Positions 44,370 through 55,742 of a stretch of DNA of 64,000 bases are shown one piece after another (position 1 is the first letter of the stretch; every line of letters begins with the position of its first letter). This stretch comes from Histomonas meleagridis 2922-C6/04-290x (Eukaryota; Protista; Parabasalia). The notes beneath the pieces are model-generated. The model saw only the letters and a list, made by a program, of their open reading frames with translations. It was not told the DNA's origin and did not search any database. The DNA lies in contig JAANOX010000130.1 of assembly GCA_020184695.1 (NCBI GenBank), positions 1 through 64,000 on the forward strand, written 5' to 3'. The position numbers were made by a program, and so were the translations under genes.

Positions 44370-45143
44370 CTAATGAAAGCAATTGATGTCAAATTCTTTT
44401 CTTCGTAATATGAATTTGCTTAGCATAGCCCTTATTTCGAATGTGTTTTTCTTTTCGAATATTTTTTTATCGCTAAATTGTTTTGGATCCAAAAAATTCA
44501 AAATTAGAAACAAGATCTGAGGATTTGGTATAGAGCTCATTAACAAAGTGCAGTGCTCGAACTTTAATTGCTTAGCCATTTGGAAATATTTTTCGTTTGG
44601 ATTTATCTCATCAATAACAAGATAACGCCATTCAATTCCATTAATGAATTCATAATCAGCTAAAAATGAATCATAATCAGTAATAAGTACATCAAAGCAA
44701 ACGTAAGCTGAATCTATTTTTCCATTTTCATCATAAGCATAAATTTCATTTTGTATTGTTTTGATTCCATGAGATATAACACAATTAAGTATTGAACATT
44801 TCTCAAACTCCTCCTTCCATTTTGAAAGAGATGACTCAGGAGCAATAACTAGAAATGGGCCATTGATACCATGGCTACATGAAATGTCGGATAACGTAGA
44901 TGCAAGTTGAAAAGGTTTGTTAAAACACTCTCCATCAGCAAGGATTGAATTCTTTGAGTTGTACCAACAATAACGGAGCCAATTGATCCCAGAAACTTGG
45001 CATTTTAGAAGTGGTGTATCATTGTCTGTGAAAGGCAATTCTTTAAAAGAATCTGGATTGACATTTCGAGGGTTAGTTATTTTAATTGGATTTTTGTGGA
45101 GGACTTTGTTGGTCTTATTATCCATATTATGGCATATATACAC
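44370..45143 (-). CDS. Truncated SNF2/CHD-type helicase N-lobe with degenerate ATPase motifs
   Basis: QVSGINWLRYCWYNSKNSILAD, GPFLVIAP.S.L..W..EF, WRYLVIDE. Walker A is degenerate and there is no HELICc lobe. Confidence 0.75.
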   Translation of the reverse strand: MYICHNMDNKTNKVLHKNPIKITNPRNVNPDSFKELPFTDNDTPLLKCQVSGINWLRYCWYNSKNSILADGECFNKPFQLASTLSDISCSHGINGPFLVIAPESSLSKWKEEFEKCSILNCVISHGIKTIQNEIYAYDENGKIDSAYVCFDVLITDYDSFLADYEFINGIEWRYLVIDEINPNEKYFQMAKQLKFEHCTLLMSSIPNPQILFLILNFLDPKQFSDKKIFEKKNTFEIRAMLSKFILRRKEFDINCFH

Positions 45144-45186
45144 TGGTGCGGTTTTTTTAAAATTCTATTAATATTAGTTGGATTAA

Positions 45187-45546
<360 letters not shown>

Positions 45547-45927
45547 AGTAATTTTTTTTTTGGAAATGATTTTTATTTTAATTTAGAATAATTTTAAAAT
45601 TCCAATTACCCTTAAACTAGAAATCAATACTTACCAAAGGCACCTTGTTTTAAGTTCATGTGGTTGTAGTTGTCATGATAATGAAGGGAAAATATTTTTG
45701 ATCAAACATATCAAACAATTTTTATTGTGTTGTACTATGGTAAGGACAAAAAACCTCCTTTTTAATGGAGATTTAAATTTTTTTAAATTTTAAATAATTC
45801 TTCATTACCTAAAATCACAAAAATGGCCGATCATTTATCGAATTTTATAATATATTTTGTTTATCATGATAAAAAAAATGTAGTTTGATTAAAAATATAA
45901 ATGTTTAACTCATATGATTTTAATTTT

Positions 45928-48915
45928 TTAAACTCCAAACAATTGTGACAAAAATTGGGAAACATAAGGTGGAATATTTTGCATTTGTGATGCCAAATTC
46001 CTTATTTCCGGTCCTATTGCGTTTGCCACGTTTGGAATTTGCATTCCTTGAAACAGTTTTTCTGCAATTTCCTGCACGAAAGGAGCTATATCATTATTAT
46101 TTTGAGCTTGACAGAACAATTGGAACAAAAACATGTAACCAATTTGTGCTTCTTCTATATCATCTTCCGCAGGGAACATATGTATAAACTTTGAAACTGC
46201 TTCAGCTGCATTTCCGAAGTTTAATCTTTGCTTCAACAAAATCGAATATGAACTTACAGCGTTATCATTTCCAGCATAGAATGATTCATTCTCTGTTGCT
46301 TCTTCTGTATTTACTGCGTTAAATAATATATTTAATATTTCGTCAAGTTGTTGTGAATTTAAGTTTAACCTTTCGTAAATTCGTCCAACTCCAAATAAAG
46401 CCATTCTTCGAGATGAAACATCAGGAGAGTTTACAAATGTTAAAATTTGTTGTAATACATTTCCACATTGAGCTATGAATTCGATCGGACATATTATTAA
46501 GAAATCAATCCAAAGTCCTAATGAAAATTGTATTAGAAGTGGAATAGTTTCTTCGCTTAATGGTTTTAATAATGAAGTTATTTGAGTAAATATATTTAAT
46601 GCTTGATCTGGGAATAAATCATATAATGGTTTAAGTGATGTTAAAAATGCCCAAAGTAAATTAAGGAACAAATCTTCTTCGCAACTTTCAAACTCATCAT
46701 TTTGTATCGAAGATCGAAGAAGTTCAAATGAAACTTTAAGTAATGCAGGAACAGTTTGGAAATAAAGAAGTTTCGCCTCATTCGGACAATCAGAATTCTC
46801 AACAAGTGAAGAAATTGATTCCGCTATTTTAGCTTGAACTTCAATTTCTGGTTCTTGAGGGAATTCATTTATTAATTGTTGTAATATCTCAAAAATATGA
46901 CCTTTTACAGATATTGCCAAATCTGTTAAGAGCTCAACGCCAGCCATTCTTATTTGACTATCAAAAACAATTGCGATTGAATGCATAGCTGCCTTAAAAG
47001 ATTCTTCGAAATATGGAGTAAATGCTTCTTTAACAGCTAATGCATAATCACCTAAAGATTGTAATGCTGAAGTTATTTCAGCAAATTGCTCATTTCTAAA
47101 TAACATCATTTTGTTTTTCCCAGGAACAAATATCGATGAATATTCAAAACTATCTTGCCAATTTGTATCATCTTTTTCTTGGACAAATACTTCGATTTCT
47201 TGATTTGATACTTCAAGTAATTTTGGTACTATAAATTGTAAAAATTGTGCAAATGGAGGACCGATTTGTTTTGCAATTATTCTTAACCCTAACCAAGTTG
47301 ATACTTCAGGACGAATTTGTGTAAGTGATAATAAATGTTGAATTAATGTTCCTAAATTTTGTTCATCCATAACTTTCGCAAACTTAGATATAGCTATCAT
47401 TAATGTATAACATGTATCAGCATCAGCACCTTGAACAATCATTTCAAGTGCTTTTCCAGCAAATTGCAATGCAATTGGTGGCGCTTCATCAATAATTGCT
47501 GCTGCACATCTAATTGAGTCTGATGTATTTATACTTTGTATAAGTTGTAATAGAGTTGGAGCAATTTGTTTAAGAAATCCTTTATCTATATCACTGATTT
47601 CTTCAACAAATCGAGCAAGTGGTGCAACAGCAATAATTTTCCCTTGTGAAATAAGTTGGAAAAGAAGTGTAACTATATTAGTTGGGAAACTTTTATCTTT
47701 GGATATAATTTTACTAAGTTTATGATGAATTAAATAATCAAGTGAATAAACAGCATTTTCAAATATTACTAAATCATTATGTTGTAATAACTGAATAATT
47801 TGTGGTAGAAGATCAATTTGTGGAATCCATCGAATTACTGCAGAAAGAGATTGAAGTGGAATTTGTTGTGAGTTTTGAGTAACAATTTGAAGAAGTTGTT
47901 TTCCTGATTTTGGATCTTTGGAAACAAAATCTTCAAGAAGTTGACATGTATAATTATATACAGCAGAACGTTCTCCAAATTCATCATATGGATTAGCTAA
48001 TGCAACAACAATTGATTGAGCAAAATCACCAAGATGTGATGAGATAAAACGCCAAACAGGTGGCGAACGATCAAGCATTCGACTAATAGTTTCAAGTGAT
48101 GAGATACGTGATGCATCATTTCTTGCGGTGTTTTGAATGATATTAAGAAGTGCTGCGGTAAATTGCTCAAGATGTGAACCTAAGATATTTCCATGAAGTT
48201 GGAAGAAATAAAGAAAATCGGATAAAGATTCAGTTACATTTTGATCAGGAAGAGAAAGAATTACTTGTGGAATGAAATTGAATAAACCAAGAAGATTGTT
48301 GTCAAGAATCATAAGATTGTATGCAAGATTAAGGGAAGCAGAACGAGCTTCGGGATATTGAGAATCAAATTGAAGTGCTGATGAAAGAGATGCTAATAAT
48401 TGTTGTGGAATTTGTTCAGGATTTGCGGAACTTATATAATTTGCAAAGAAACGTATAGATTTGAAGCTAAGTGGTGTTTGAAGTAACCTGAACATGAGAT
48501 CAAATATTTCTGGCCATTCAATATTGCTTGATAAAATAACGATAATTTGATCAATAATTAGAAATATATAGTTTTGTTCACGTGGATCCCTTTGAGTGCC
48601 AAAATTAAGAAGTTCACCAAATACTTGTTTTAAACATGAATAAGTATTTGGACTTAATGTTAATGTTGAATTCATTGATTCAACTCTAAAAAGATAATTC
48701 TTGATTTGAATTAAAGCTTGAATCCTACAATTAACATTTGGACTTGATTTGACGATTTCAAGAAGTATAATGATGACTTGATTTGGGTCTTGAGTAAGAA
48801 GTGTATTAAAAGTTGTTTCTGCAGCTGCTCTTTCATCATTATTTGGGTTACCGAAGTTTATAAGAAGAGAGTTTATGTAATCTACTGGAGAAGAAGACAT
48901 TTTGCATCCCGCCAA
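45928..48915 (-). CDS. Importin-beta family HEAT protein (importin-5/Kap121-like)
   Basis: N-terminal NNDERAAAETTFN importin-N helix, HEAT repeats, RRMALFGVG and GNDNAVSS near the C-terminus. ~995 aa. Confidence 0.82.
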   Translation of the reverse strand: MAGCKMSSSPVDYINSLLINFGNPNNDERAAAETTFNTLLTQDPNQVIIILLEIVKSSPNVNCRIQALIQIKNYLFRVESMNSTLTLSPNTYSCLKQVFGELLNFGTQRDPREQNYIFLIIDQIIVILSSNIEWPEIFDLMFRLLQTPLSFKSIRFFANYISSANPEQIPQQLLASLSSALQFDSQYPEARSASLNLAYNLMILDNNLLGLFNFIPQVILSLPDQNVTESLSDFLYFFQLHGNILGSHLEQFTAALLNIIQNTARNDASRISSLETISRMLDRSPPVWRFISSHLGDFAQSIVVALANPYDEFGERSAVYNYTCQLLEDFVSKDPKSGKQLLQIVTQNSQQIPLQSLSAVIRWIPQIDLLPQIIQLLQHNDLVIFENAVYSLDYLIHHKLSKIISKDKSFPTNIVTLLFQLISQGKIIAVAPLARFVEEISDIDKGFLKQIAPTLLQLIQSINTSDSIRCAAAIIDEAPPIALQFAGKALEMIVQGADADTCYTLMIAISKFAKVMDEQNLGTLIQHLLSLTQIRPEVSTWLGLRIIAKQIGPPFAQFLQFIVPKLLEVSNQEIEVFVQEKDDTNWQDSFEYSSIFVPGKNKMMLFRNEQFAEITSALQSLGDYALAVKEAFTPYFEESFKAAMHSIAIVFDSQIRMAGVELLTDLAISVKGHIFEILQQLINEFPQEPEIEVQAKIAESISSLVENSDCPNEAKLLYFQTVPALLKVSFELLRSSIQNDEFESCEEDLFLNLLWAFLTSLKPLYDLFPDQALNIFTQITSLLKPLSEETIPLLIQFSLGLWIDFLIICPIEFIAQCGNVLQQILTFVNSPDVSSRRMALFGVGRIYERLNLNSQQLDEILNILFNAVNTEEATENESFYAGNDNAVSSYSILLKQRLNFGNAAEAVSKFIHMFPAEDDIEEAQIGYMFLFQLFCQAQNNNDIAPFVQEIAEKLFQGMQIPNVANAIGPEIRNLASQMQNIPPYVSQFLSQLFGV

Positions 48916-49091
48916 CCATTGAATTCAAATTTACACGAGAATTCAATGATTTATTTTTTGGCCGGGCAAAAATCTTAACGTGCATTAAGTCAAACCCTAA
49001 GACGATACAACAAATTGAACATTTTGCATCGGTTAATAGCACACAAATTTCGATTGAACGATTATAATGAATTGAATCGATCACATCACTT

Positions 49092-50183
49092 TTATTCATT
49101 TTTTTCTTCTTCTTCATTTGGTTCATTTTTTTTCATTTTCTTTTTTGCTTCTCTTATTTTATTTGCTGTAATATCTTCAACAAACATTCTCCTTAATATC
49201 ATTCTTTTCTTTCTTTCATCATCATTAACATTTTTCATTTGACATTCCATTTTTTGTTTCTCTTCTATTTCAACAACTTTTTCATTAACTTTTTCGGTAA
49301 TTTTCGCAATTAATTCGCGCGTAACTGATGCCTCTGACATCCTTTGTGCAAGATAAGGCAAAAAGTTATCTTTGATTTCTTTTTCGACTTCGTCATAGAA
49401 ATATCCATTTCTTTCCAACAAATTCATTGCATCGCTTAACAAATCCGATGCAAAGAATTCGCTAAATCCACGCGCAGCAACTTTGTTCTTAAGTTCATTT
49501 TGCGCTTGTTCAACTTTAGCGCGTTCTTCAATTCGACGTTGTTTCTCTTCGAACTTTCGACGCTCAGCTTCTTCAAGCCTTTGTACATCAGCAAGTTCGA
49601 CGTTCCGTTGATGTTCAATTGCTTCTTTGTGTCGGCGTATGTTCGCAAGTTCTTCTTCTTCTTGGACTTCCATGAATGATTGTTCAAGAATTTTATTTAC
49701 GATTGTGGATACTATGGGTTTGACTTCAAAATCAAAGTCAAAAAGTTCGGATTCTTCAACTTGCGTTTCAATGTCAACACCTGTTTTGGGTGGAATATAT
49801 GGAGGTGTTGGAGGTCTGTCTAAAAATGCATCTGTTTGTGTCATAACACTGACTTCAATTGGCTTGTCGTTGATTTCATGAAGATAGGGCTCGGTTTGAA
49901 TTTCAAGATCAATTCTATCTTCCTGTTGTTGTGGAAAACCTAATGTATTTGTTCGCTCAAGAGTTCTTACACGAGGTGATGGAGTTTTATGTGGTTTTCT
50001 TGGTTTTGGCTTTTCTTCCTCTTCAAAATTTTGTTTTCTCCTTATATAAGTTGATCCACGACAAACTCGTGGATCGACTGTGATATGACAAGGTGCTTGA
50101 TTGGTGTCTGATCTATATTTTGGCTTTTGTTCAATTGGGCGGGCTCCAGCTTGGAAAGTAAATCCCCCGCTCTCACCAAGCAT
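49092..50183 (-). CDS. RSP3: Radial spoke protein 3
   Basis: DPRVCRGST, IQTEPYL.EI.D, TQTDAFLDRPPTP.YIP.KTGVD..TQ....LFDFDFEVKPI. Confidence 0.95.
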   Translation of the reverse strand: MLGESGGFTFQAGARPIEQKPKYRSDTNQAPCHITVDPRVCRGSTYIRRKQNFEEEEKPKPRKPHKTPSPRVRTLERTNTLGFPQQQEDRIDLEIQTEPYLHEINDKPIEVSVMTQTDAFLDRPPTPPYIPPKTGVDIETQVEESELFDFDFEVKPIVSTIVNKILEQSFMEVQEEEELANIRRHKEAIEHQRNVELADVQRLEEAERRKFEEKQRRIEERAKVEQAQNELKNKVAARGFSEFFASDLLSDAMNLLERNGYFYDEVEKEIKDNFLPYLAQRMSEASVTRELIAKITEKVNEKVVEIEEKQKMECQMKNVNDDERKKRMILRRMFVEDITANKIREAKKKMKKNEPNEEEEKNE

Positions 50184-50367
50184 TTTTGTAACGTTTTTTT
50201 ATGTGAATATTTTTCACTAATACTGTGAAAATAATTTGAACTGAATTTGATCGGTAAAAATTTTCACAATTAAGCAAGAAGATGATTTTTTTGATAGTTC
50301 TCTATTTTTAATATTACTAAGATTATTATTAGTATCATATTTAATAATATTTTTGTATAGTTGTATT

Positions 50368-50994
50368 TCATCTTGTTGCAAAAGCAGGAAACAAATCTAT
50401 TTTCTTTGATTCATTCGTTGTTTTTGGTTTGCGTGGATCATCAACAACAACTGAATGATAACTTTCGGCAGGGGTATTTTCTATGTATTGTGTCTGTTTT
50501 TGGATTTTGTCAGGTTTTTTGACAATTTTTGTATCCAAATCTTGTTCGATTACATTGACCTTGGGATTAATATCGTATGGTTTGGAAAGAGGATAATCCC
50601 TTATTAGTTTTTGGAGCTTTAGTCTGGTCTTTTTAAATATATTGAGCCATAATTCATCTTTTGTCCGAGGATAATTTTCTACCTTTTTTTTAAACCAATT
50701 AGATAACTCAAGGGCCATTGCATAATGAGGTGATTTTTCATTAAATAAAATTAGTGCATTTTCCCAAACCAAATTTACATCGTATTCCCATTCTCTCATG
50801 CTTGAATATTTTTTGTTTTTTATTTTTTCGATTATTGTTTCGAGATCTATTGGGTATTTTAAAATATCGTAAATATTTCTACCAGATTCAGGAGGCATAA
50901 GATTTTGTAATGAGCAAAATGGTGCAGATATTGGTATGTCCTTGATTTTTTTCATTATGTTTAGACACCATTCTTGCTGAAATTCAGTGAGCAT
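50368..50994 (-). CDS. Single-bromodomain protein
   Basis: SAPF...YDILKYPIDL.TI..K...KY....W..DV.L.WENA..FN. Confidence 0.88.
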   Translation of the reverse strand: MLTEFQQEWCLNIMKKIKDIPISAPFCSLQNLMPPESGRNIYDILKYPIDLETIIEKIKNKKYSSMREWEYDVNLVWENALILFNEKSPHYAMALELSNWFKKKVENYPRTKDELWLNIFKKTRLKLQKLIRDYPLSKPYDINPKVNVIEQDLDTKIVKKPDKIQKQTQYIENTPAESYHSVVVDDPRKPKTTNESKKIDLFPAFATR

Positions 50995-51093
50995 TGATTC
51001 TTTCCTTGATTAACGGTTATTCATTTAACGTTCTACCCAAAATTCAATTTGCATAACGTCTTCTGCTTCAAAAAATTGACACCATTGCTTCAT

Positions 51094-52182
51094 ATGACCA
51101 AAGACAATGTTGTTCCTCTTGAAACCAAGCAACTCGTAAGAAAGCAACAGCTTCAGTCATTTTTAGCTGTATCATTTTACATGTCAGTGTCAATTGCTCT
51201 TGTGTTTTTAAACAAAACGATAATGAGTAATAGCAAAGAAAAAGCTGGTGCTTTTTTCGTATCATGGTATCAATTTATTGTTGCTTATGTTTTAATTCTA
51301 ATCATTACCACTTTGTGTCCAAATGTTCCCTTATTAAATCTTTTCCCTCCTCTTCATTATCAAAAAGAAATATTTATCAAAGTCATTCCAGTCAGTATTT
51401 CATACCTTTTAATGATTGGTTTTAATAACAAGTGCCTTGAATTTGTTTCGGTTTCAGGTTATCAAATTGTTCGATCACTTACAATTATTTTCAGTATTAT
51501 TTTGACATACATTTTCCAGAAGCAAACCACTTCATTCCGTGCCACCCTTGCTTGTTTAGGTGTTATTATTGGGTTCTGCATGGGTGTCAAAGGAGATTTA
51601 AATCTTACACTCAAAGGTTGTATTTATGGTATTTCATCATCATTCTTTGTAGCCTTATACTCCATTATGGTCAAACGCGTTATGGGTCTTCTTGACAATA
51701 ATGAATATCTTCTCATCGAATACAACACACCACTTGCCATTATTATGCTAACACCTGTAGTATGGTATAATGGTGAATTTAATGTCCTTAAAGAGAGGCG
51801 ATCTTTGAATTTTTGGGGCATGCAAACACTTGCTGGTGTTGTTGGGTTTATCATTAATATTGCGATTTTCTTAAACATTAAATACACGACACCACTTACA
51901 CATAACTTAAGTGGTACGGTTAAGGCTTGCATACAAACATTACTCGCGTTCGTATTTTTCCCGAAACAAGAAAGCATGACAACGCAAAAGTTCATCGGAA
52001 CTGTTTTAGTTATTGGCTTCTCAGCTTATTACACGTTTGTAAGAAAGGCTGAAATGAAACAAAAAATAGAACAAGAGCATATAAAGAAAATGGAAGAAAA
52101 TGATCAAACAGCATTGCTTGGACAAGATGAAGAAAAAGATGAAGAAGAGGAAGAAGATGGCAACGAGAAGCCACTTCTGTAA
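51094..52182 (+). CDS. GDP-fucose transporter-like nucleotide-sugar transporter (SLC35C1/TPT family)
   Basis: FNNKCLEFVSVSGYQIVRSLT and IKYTTPLTHNLSGTVKACIQT. About 10 TMs. Probable ATG at 51094. Confidence 0.85.
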   Translation: MTKDNVVPLETKQLVRKQQLQSFLAVSFYMSVSIALVFLNKTIMSNSKEKAGAFFVSWYQFIVAYVLILIITTLCPNVPLLNLFPPLHYQKEIFIKVIPVSISYLLMIGFNNKCLEFVSVSGYQIVRSLTIIFSIILTYIFQKQTTSFRATLACLGVIIGFCMGVKGDLNLTLKGCIYGISSSFFVALYSIMVKRVMGLLDNNEYLLIEYNTPLAIIMLTPVVWYNGEFNVLKERRSLNFWGMQTLAGVVGFIINIAIFLNIKYTTPLTHNLSGTVKACIQTLLAFVFFPKQESMTTQKFIGTVLVIGFSAYYTFVRKAEMKQKIEQEHIKKMEENDQTALLGQDEEKDEEEEEDGNEKPLL

Positions 52183-52428
52183 ATAAACGTAATTTGCACA
52201 AATGTGAATTCAATAAATCAAAATTTTGATATTACACTTTGTAATTAAACTCTTTTGCAATGAAATTCATTAAAATGTCTTTCAAAATATTAAACATAAT
52301 CAAATCTGCAGATTATCCCAATGTGAAAATTTTTGATCAAATTAATATATTCGTAAAATAAAAAGTTGTTAAGTTGGTTCATACTGTGAAATAAATGAGA
52401 AAATAAGTTTAAATTTATTAAAAAGGTT

Positions 52429-52800
52429 TTAGGCCAACCCAAGTAATGCAGAAACACGTTTGAAGACTGTGTCATCTTCGGGTTTGTATGGATGATCTTT
52501 ACTTGGGATTTCAAGAATGGATGGAAGTGGTTTATCATATCTTTCAATTAATGGTCTAATATCATTGGCAATGTGTTGATTTATGAGAAGAATGGCAACA
52601 TCATCACGTTCGGTAAAGGTGTTGAAAGCTTTTTCGATTTCTTCAAGCTGAGTTTTAGGACGAACGACAAGGAAATTTGAAGTTCCATCTTGTTCCATTT
52701 GACCAATTCCTGTCAATAGAAATCCGGTTACTGTATCTTCGTCACCAATCATAGCTATGTAATATCCAGTTTCATTTGGGTGAATATGTCTAAAACTCAT
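52429..52800 (-). CDS. VMA7: V-type ATPase subunit F
   Basis: IAMIGDEDTVTGFLLTGIG...PSILEIPSKDHPY.PE.D. Confidence 0.97.
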   Translation of the reverse strand: MSFRHIHPNETGYYIAMIGDEDTVTGFLLTGIGQMEQDGTSNFLVVRPKTQLEEIEKAFNTFTERDDVAILLINQHIANDIRPLIERYDKPLPSILEIPSKDHPYKPEDDTVFKRVSALLGLA

Positions 52801-53586
52801 TTGAAATTAAGAATGAAATCAAACAAAGCTGCTGAAATTGATCATTTGTTAACGGCTGCTGAACATTTTGTCTTTTTTGAAAAATTCAGAAATTTTAATG
52901 TCATGAAAATTTTATACTCAATAAATCATTGAAAACTTTACTTGACATTATGGTGTTGTTTTTCTTCAATTTATTCTTGTAAGTCAATTAATGGAATTGC
53001 TTGGTAACAATATGAAGATTTAAAAGCTTATTCCCAAATTTATATTGTGTATCGATAATTAGAGTAAATAAAAATGGGTTTTAGTCAATTCAACATTATG
53101 CTTATAAATTTAAATGTTTATTTAAACTTTGTTTTTGAAAAATATTTAGAATTAGCAAAGTTAAAAAATAAGATGTATAGGGAAAATTATCTAAGATATG
53201 TTAATATATTGTCTGATTGTATTTAATAAAATCTGGATATTGAAATTAAGAGCATAACGCCACATAAATTTTATTGGCGATACATTGTAATTGTTCGGAT
53301 ATAGAATCTCATATTGCAAAGGTAAATTTTGATATCAATTGGAAATTAAAACATTAAAAACAAAATATACCTCAAAATCCTCCTTCTACCCGGAGACATC
53401 CTAATGCACATAAGTGAAGATTAATCAAAAACGTGGGAAACAAATAACCTTCGCGAGAACGTAATTTGCAGATTGTGAATCGCTCAACTTTTGAATACTA
53501 TTGAATGAGTGCTCTGAAAAATAACCCGTTATTTATAAATTGAATGGTTTGGCTGAATCCTTAAAAATCGAAAAAGAAAATCACAA

Positions 53587-54678
53587 ATGGGTACCTGCTC
53601 CTCATCAACAGCTAAGGTGAGAAAGTCAGGAGATAAATCAGAGACAGAAAAAACAGAATTGGAACTCCAACAAGACACAGAACTTATCACTTCCGAATTT
53701 TCAATTGCCAATGAGCAAGTGTTTAATTCTATAAACTCTACAGATTCCGGTGGAATTTCAGCGGTGCCTTCTTTTTTTAATCCGGAAATCAAGCCAACAA
53801 TTTTCGAATATGAATTTATTCGACATGTTGGTCATGGAGCCACTAGCGATGTTTTCCTGGTCAAAAACACAGAAACAGGTGAGTTTTATGCAGCCAAAGT
53901 TTATGACAGAGGTTATTTATTCCGGACTTCAATAGGAGACGCAGAACAACCAATACAGAAACTCCTTCGTGAGGCACAGATCATGTCTTCTGTCCAACAT
54001 GAGAATTGTCTTTCATTGATTGAAATTCTCGAGGACGATGTAACCAATTCTATTACATTAATAATTCCATTTGCAGATGCTGGATCTCTTTCAAAGTATT
54101 CATATAAAGCAGATCCCCTCCCCGAGGACGCTGCTAAGTCAATTTTCTACCAGATTGCATCAGGTCTCCAACGACTTCATTCCATGAATATAATTCATCG
54201 CGACTTGAAACCAGATAACATTCTAAAGTTCTCAGATGGTCATGTTGCGATTGCAGACTTCTCTGTATCTATTGTTCTCGAAGATGAAAATGAGTTACTT
54301 GAAGATACAGACGGAACCCCGGCTTTTTATTCTCCAGAAGAGTGTCTTGGAGGTCCATATCTCGGCAAACCTACTGATGTATGGGCTTACGGGATGATAT
54401 TGTATGTGATGATTTATGGAAAATTACCATTTTTCGACCTTGACGACGAGAACATATTTTTCTCACAGTTCTTCGAAATTTCACAGAGAATAATTAACGA
54501 CGAATTCACATACCCACAGACAACTCCTATTTCAGCAGAATTAAGAGATTTATTTTCTCATGTGCTCGACAAAGACCCTAAAACAAGGTACACAATCGAA
54601 CAAGTTTTGGCTCATCAATGGTTCGATGATGTTCGAGTGGTCAAAGATAATAGTATTAGTGTTGGTGATTGTAAATAA
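53587..54678 (+). CDS. CaMKK-like Ser/Thr kinase with probable N-myristoylation (MGTCSS)
   Basis: YAAK, HRDLKPDN, DFS, GTPAFYSPEE, DVWAYG. Confidence 0.9.
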   Translation: MGTCSSSTAKVRKSGDKSETEKTELELQQDTELITSEFSIANEQVFNSINSTDSGGISAVPSFFNPEIKPTIFEYEFIRHVGHGATSDVFLVKNTETGEFYAAKVYDRGYLFRTSIGDAEQPIQKLLREAQIMSSVQHENCLSLIEILEDDVTNSITLIIPFADAGSLSKYSYKADPLPEDAAKSIFYQIASGLQRLHSMNIIHRDLKPDNILKFSDGHVAIADFSVSIVLEDENELLEDTDGTPAFYSPEECLGGPYLGKPTDVWAYGMILYVMIYGKLPFFDLDDENIFFSQFFEISQRIINDEFTYPQTTPISAELRDLFSHVLDKDPKTRYTIEQVLAHQWFDDVRVVKDNSISVGDCK

Positions 54679-55742
54679 AATGTTTTTTTTGCGAATAATA
54701 TTTTCATAATAGAAACCGTTAATTGCTTTTTCAATACAACTTTTTGAAAGAATTTGTGATGAAAAGTTTACAGTCAAAATTGATGAGTCACTTTTGATTC
54801 AGATTTGGGTTGCGAGACCTCATAGAAAATATTGAATGAAAAATGGAGCTTTTTGGACTTTCCTGCACACATGCTTTCACTTTTGTATGCAATTGAATGC
54901 ATGCTGTCAGTATGGGATAGCTTTGATATCAAAGCAAAAAATATTTTTTCACTTGCTTTAAGATAGTGTATATTCATCTTAATTTTAAATTCTTGTTTTG
55001 GAATTTACGAAAACTATTTCATACATTTCTTACATATGCAATTTCTATACAGCATTCTAAAATTGTTGAACTTCTTCAAAATCATATAAATATTAATAAA
55101 TAAAACTGTATTAATTCATGATGAATTATTCATCTTTCTAATTGACTTCTCCAGAGAATTTTTCATTACTTTAGAAGAATTTATTAATTTTTAATTTTTC
55201 AGAATTAGAGTTATTGTTTCTCGTTTGTTTTTTGATTCAATTAAAGAATCAAAATTCAAAAAACATGTATGTTATAAGCTTGTTTTAATAACGCTGGATA
55301 ATAATAAGTAAAATTAATCATTTTCACATTACACTTCAAATATATTAAAATGAATAATTCAATGAATAAGCAAGCTAAAGAAAGTATATTCTATATTGAT
55401 CATTGTATTCTATGTATTCACATATTCATAAAAAATGTTTATAATACGCATCAGTATAACCATCTTCAACTTCATTTTATCTGATTAAAGAATAAAAATA
55501 TATAAAACAAAAATAGCATCACCATATTTATCAATATAATTCTAAATTATCAACTATTTCTTTAACACATATCATAATTTGCTTTCCATGTATAGTATAC
55601 ATAATCAATGTCAATCAAATTTCGGCAAAATTTCATTAAAACATTAATACACAATACTCTTTATTTTGGAATTATTATGAATATTTACATATATATAAAC
55701 ATAAATTAAACAAAAAACTATTTACTATATCTCTATTTATAA

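Noticed and set aside
45627-45760. U1 snRNA-like sequence (ATACTTACC, CATGATAATGAAGG, TTGTACT)
   Set aside because: Spacing is wrong, the stem around the putative 70K loop does not pair, and there is no convincing Sm site. An Infernal RF00003 search would settle it.
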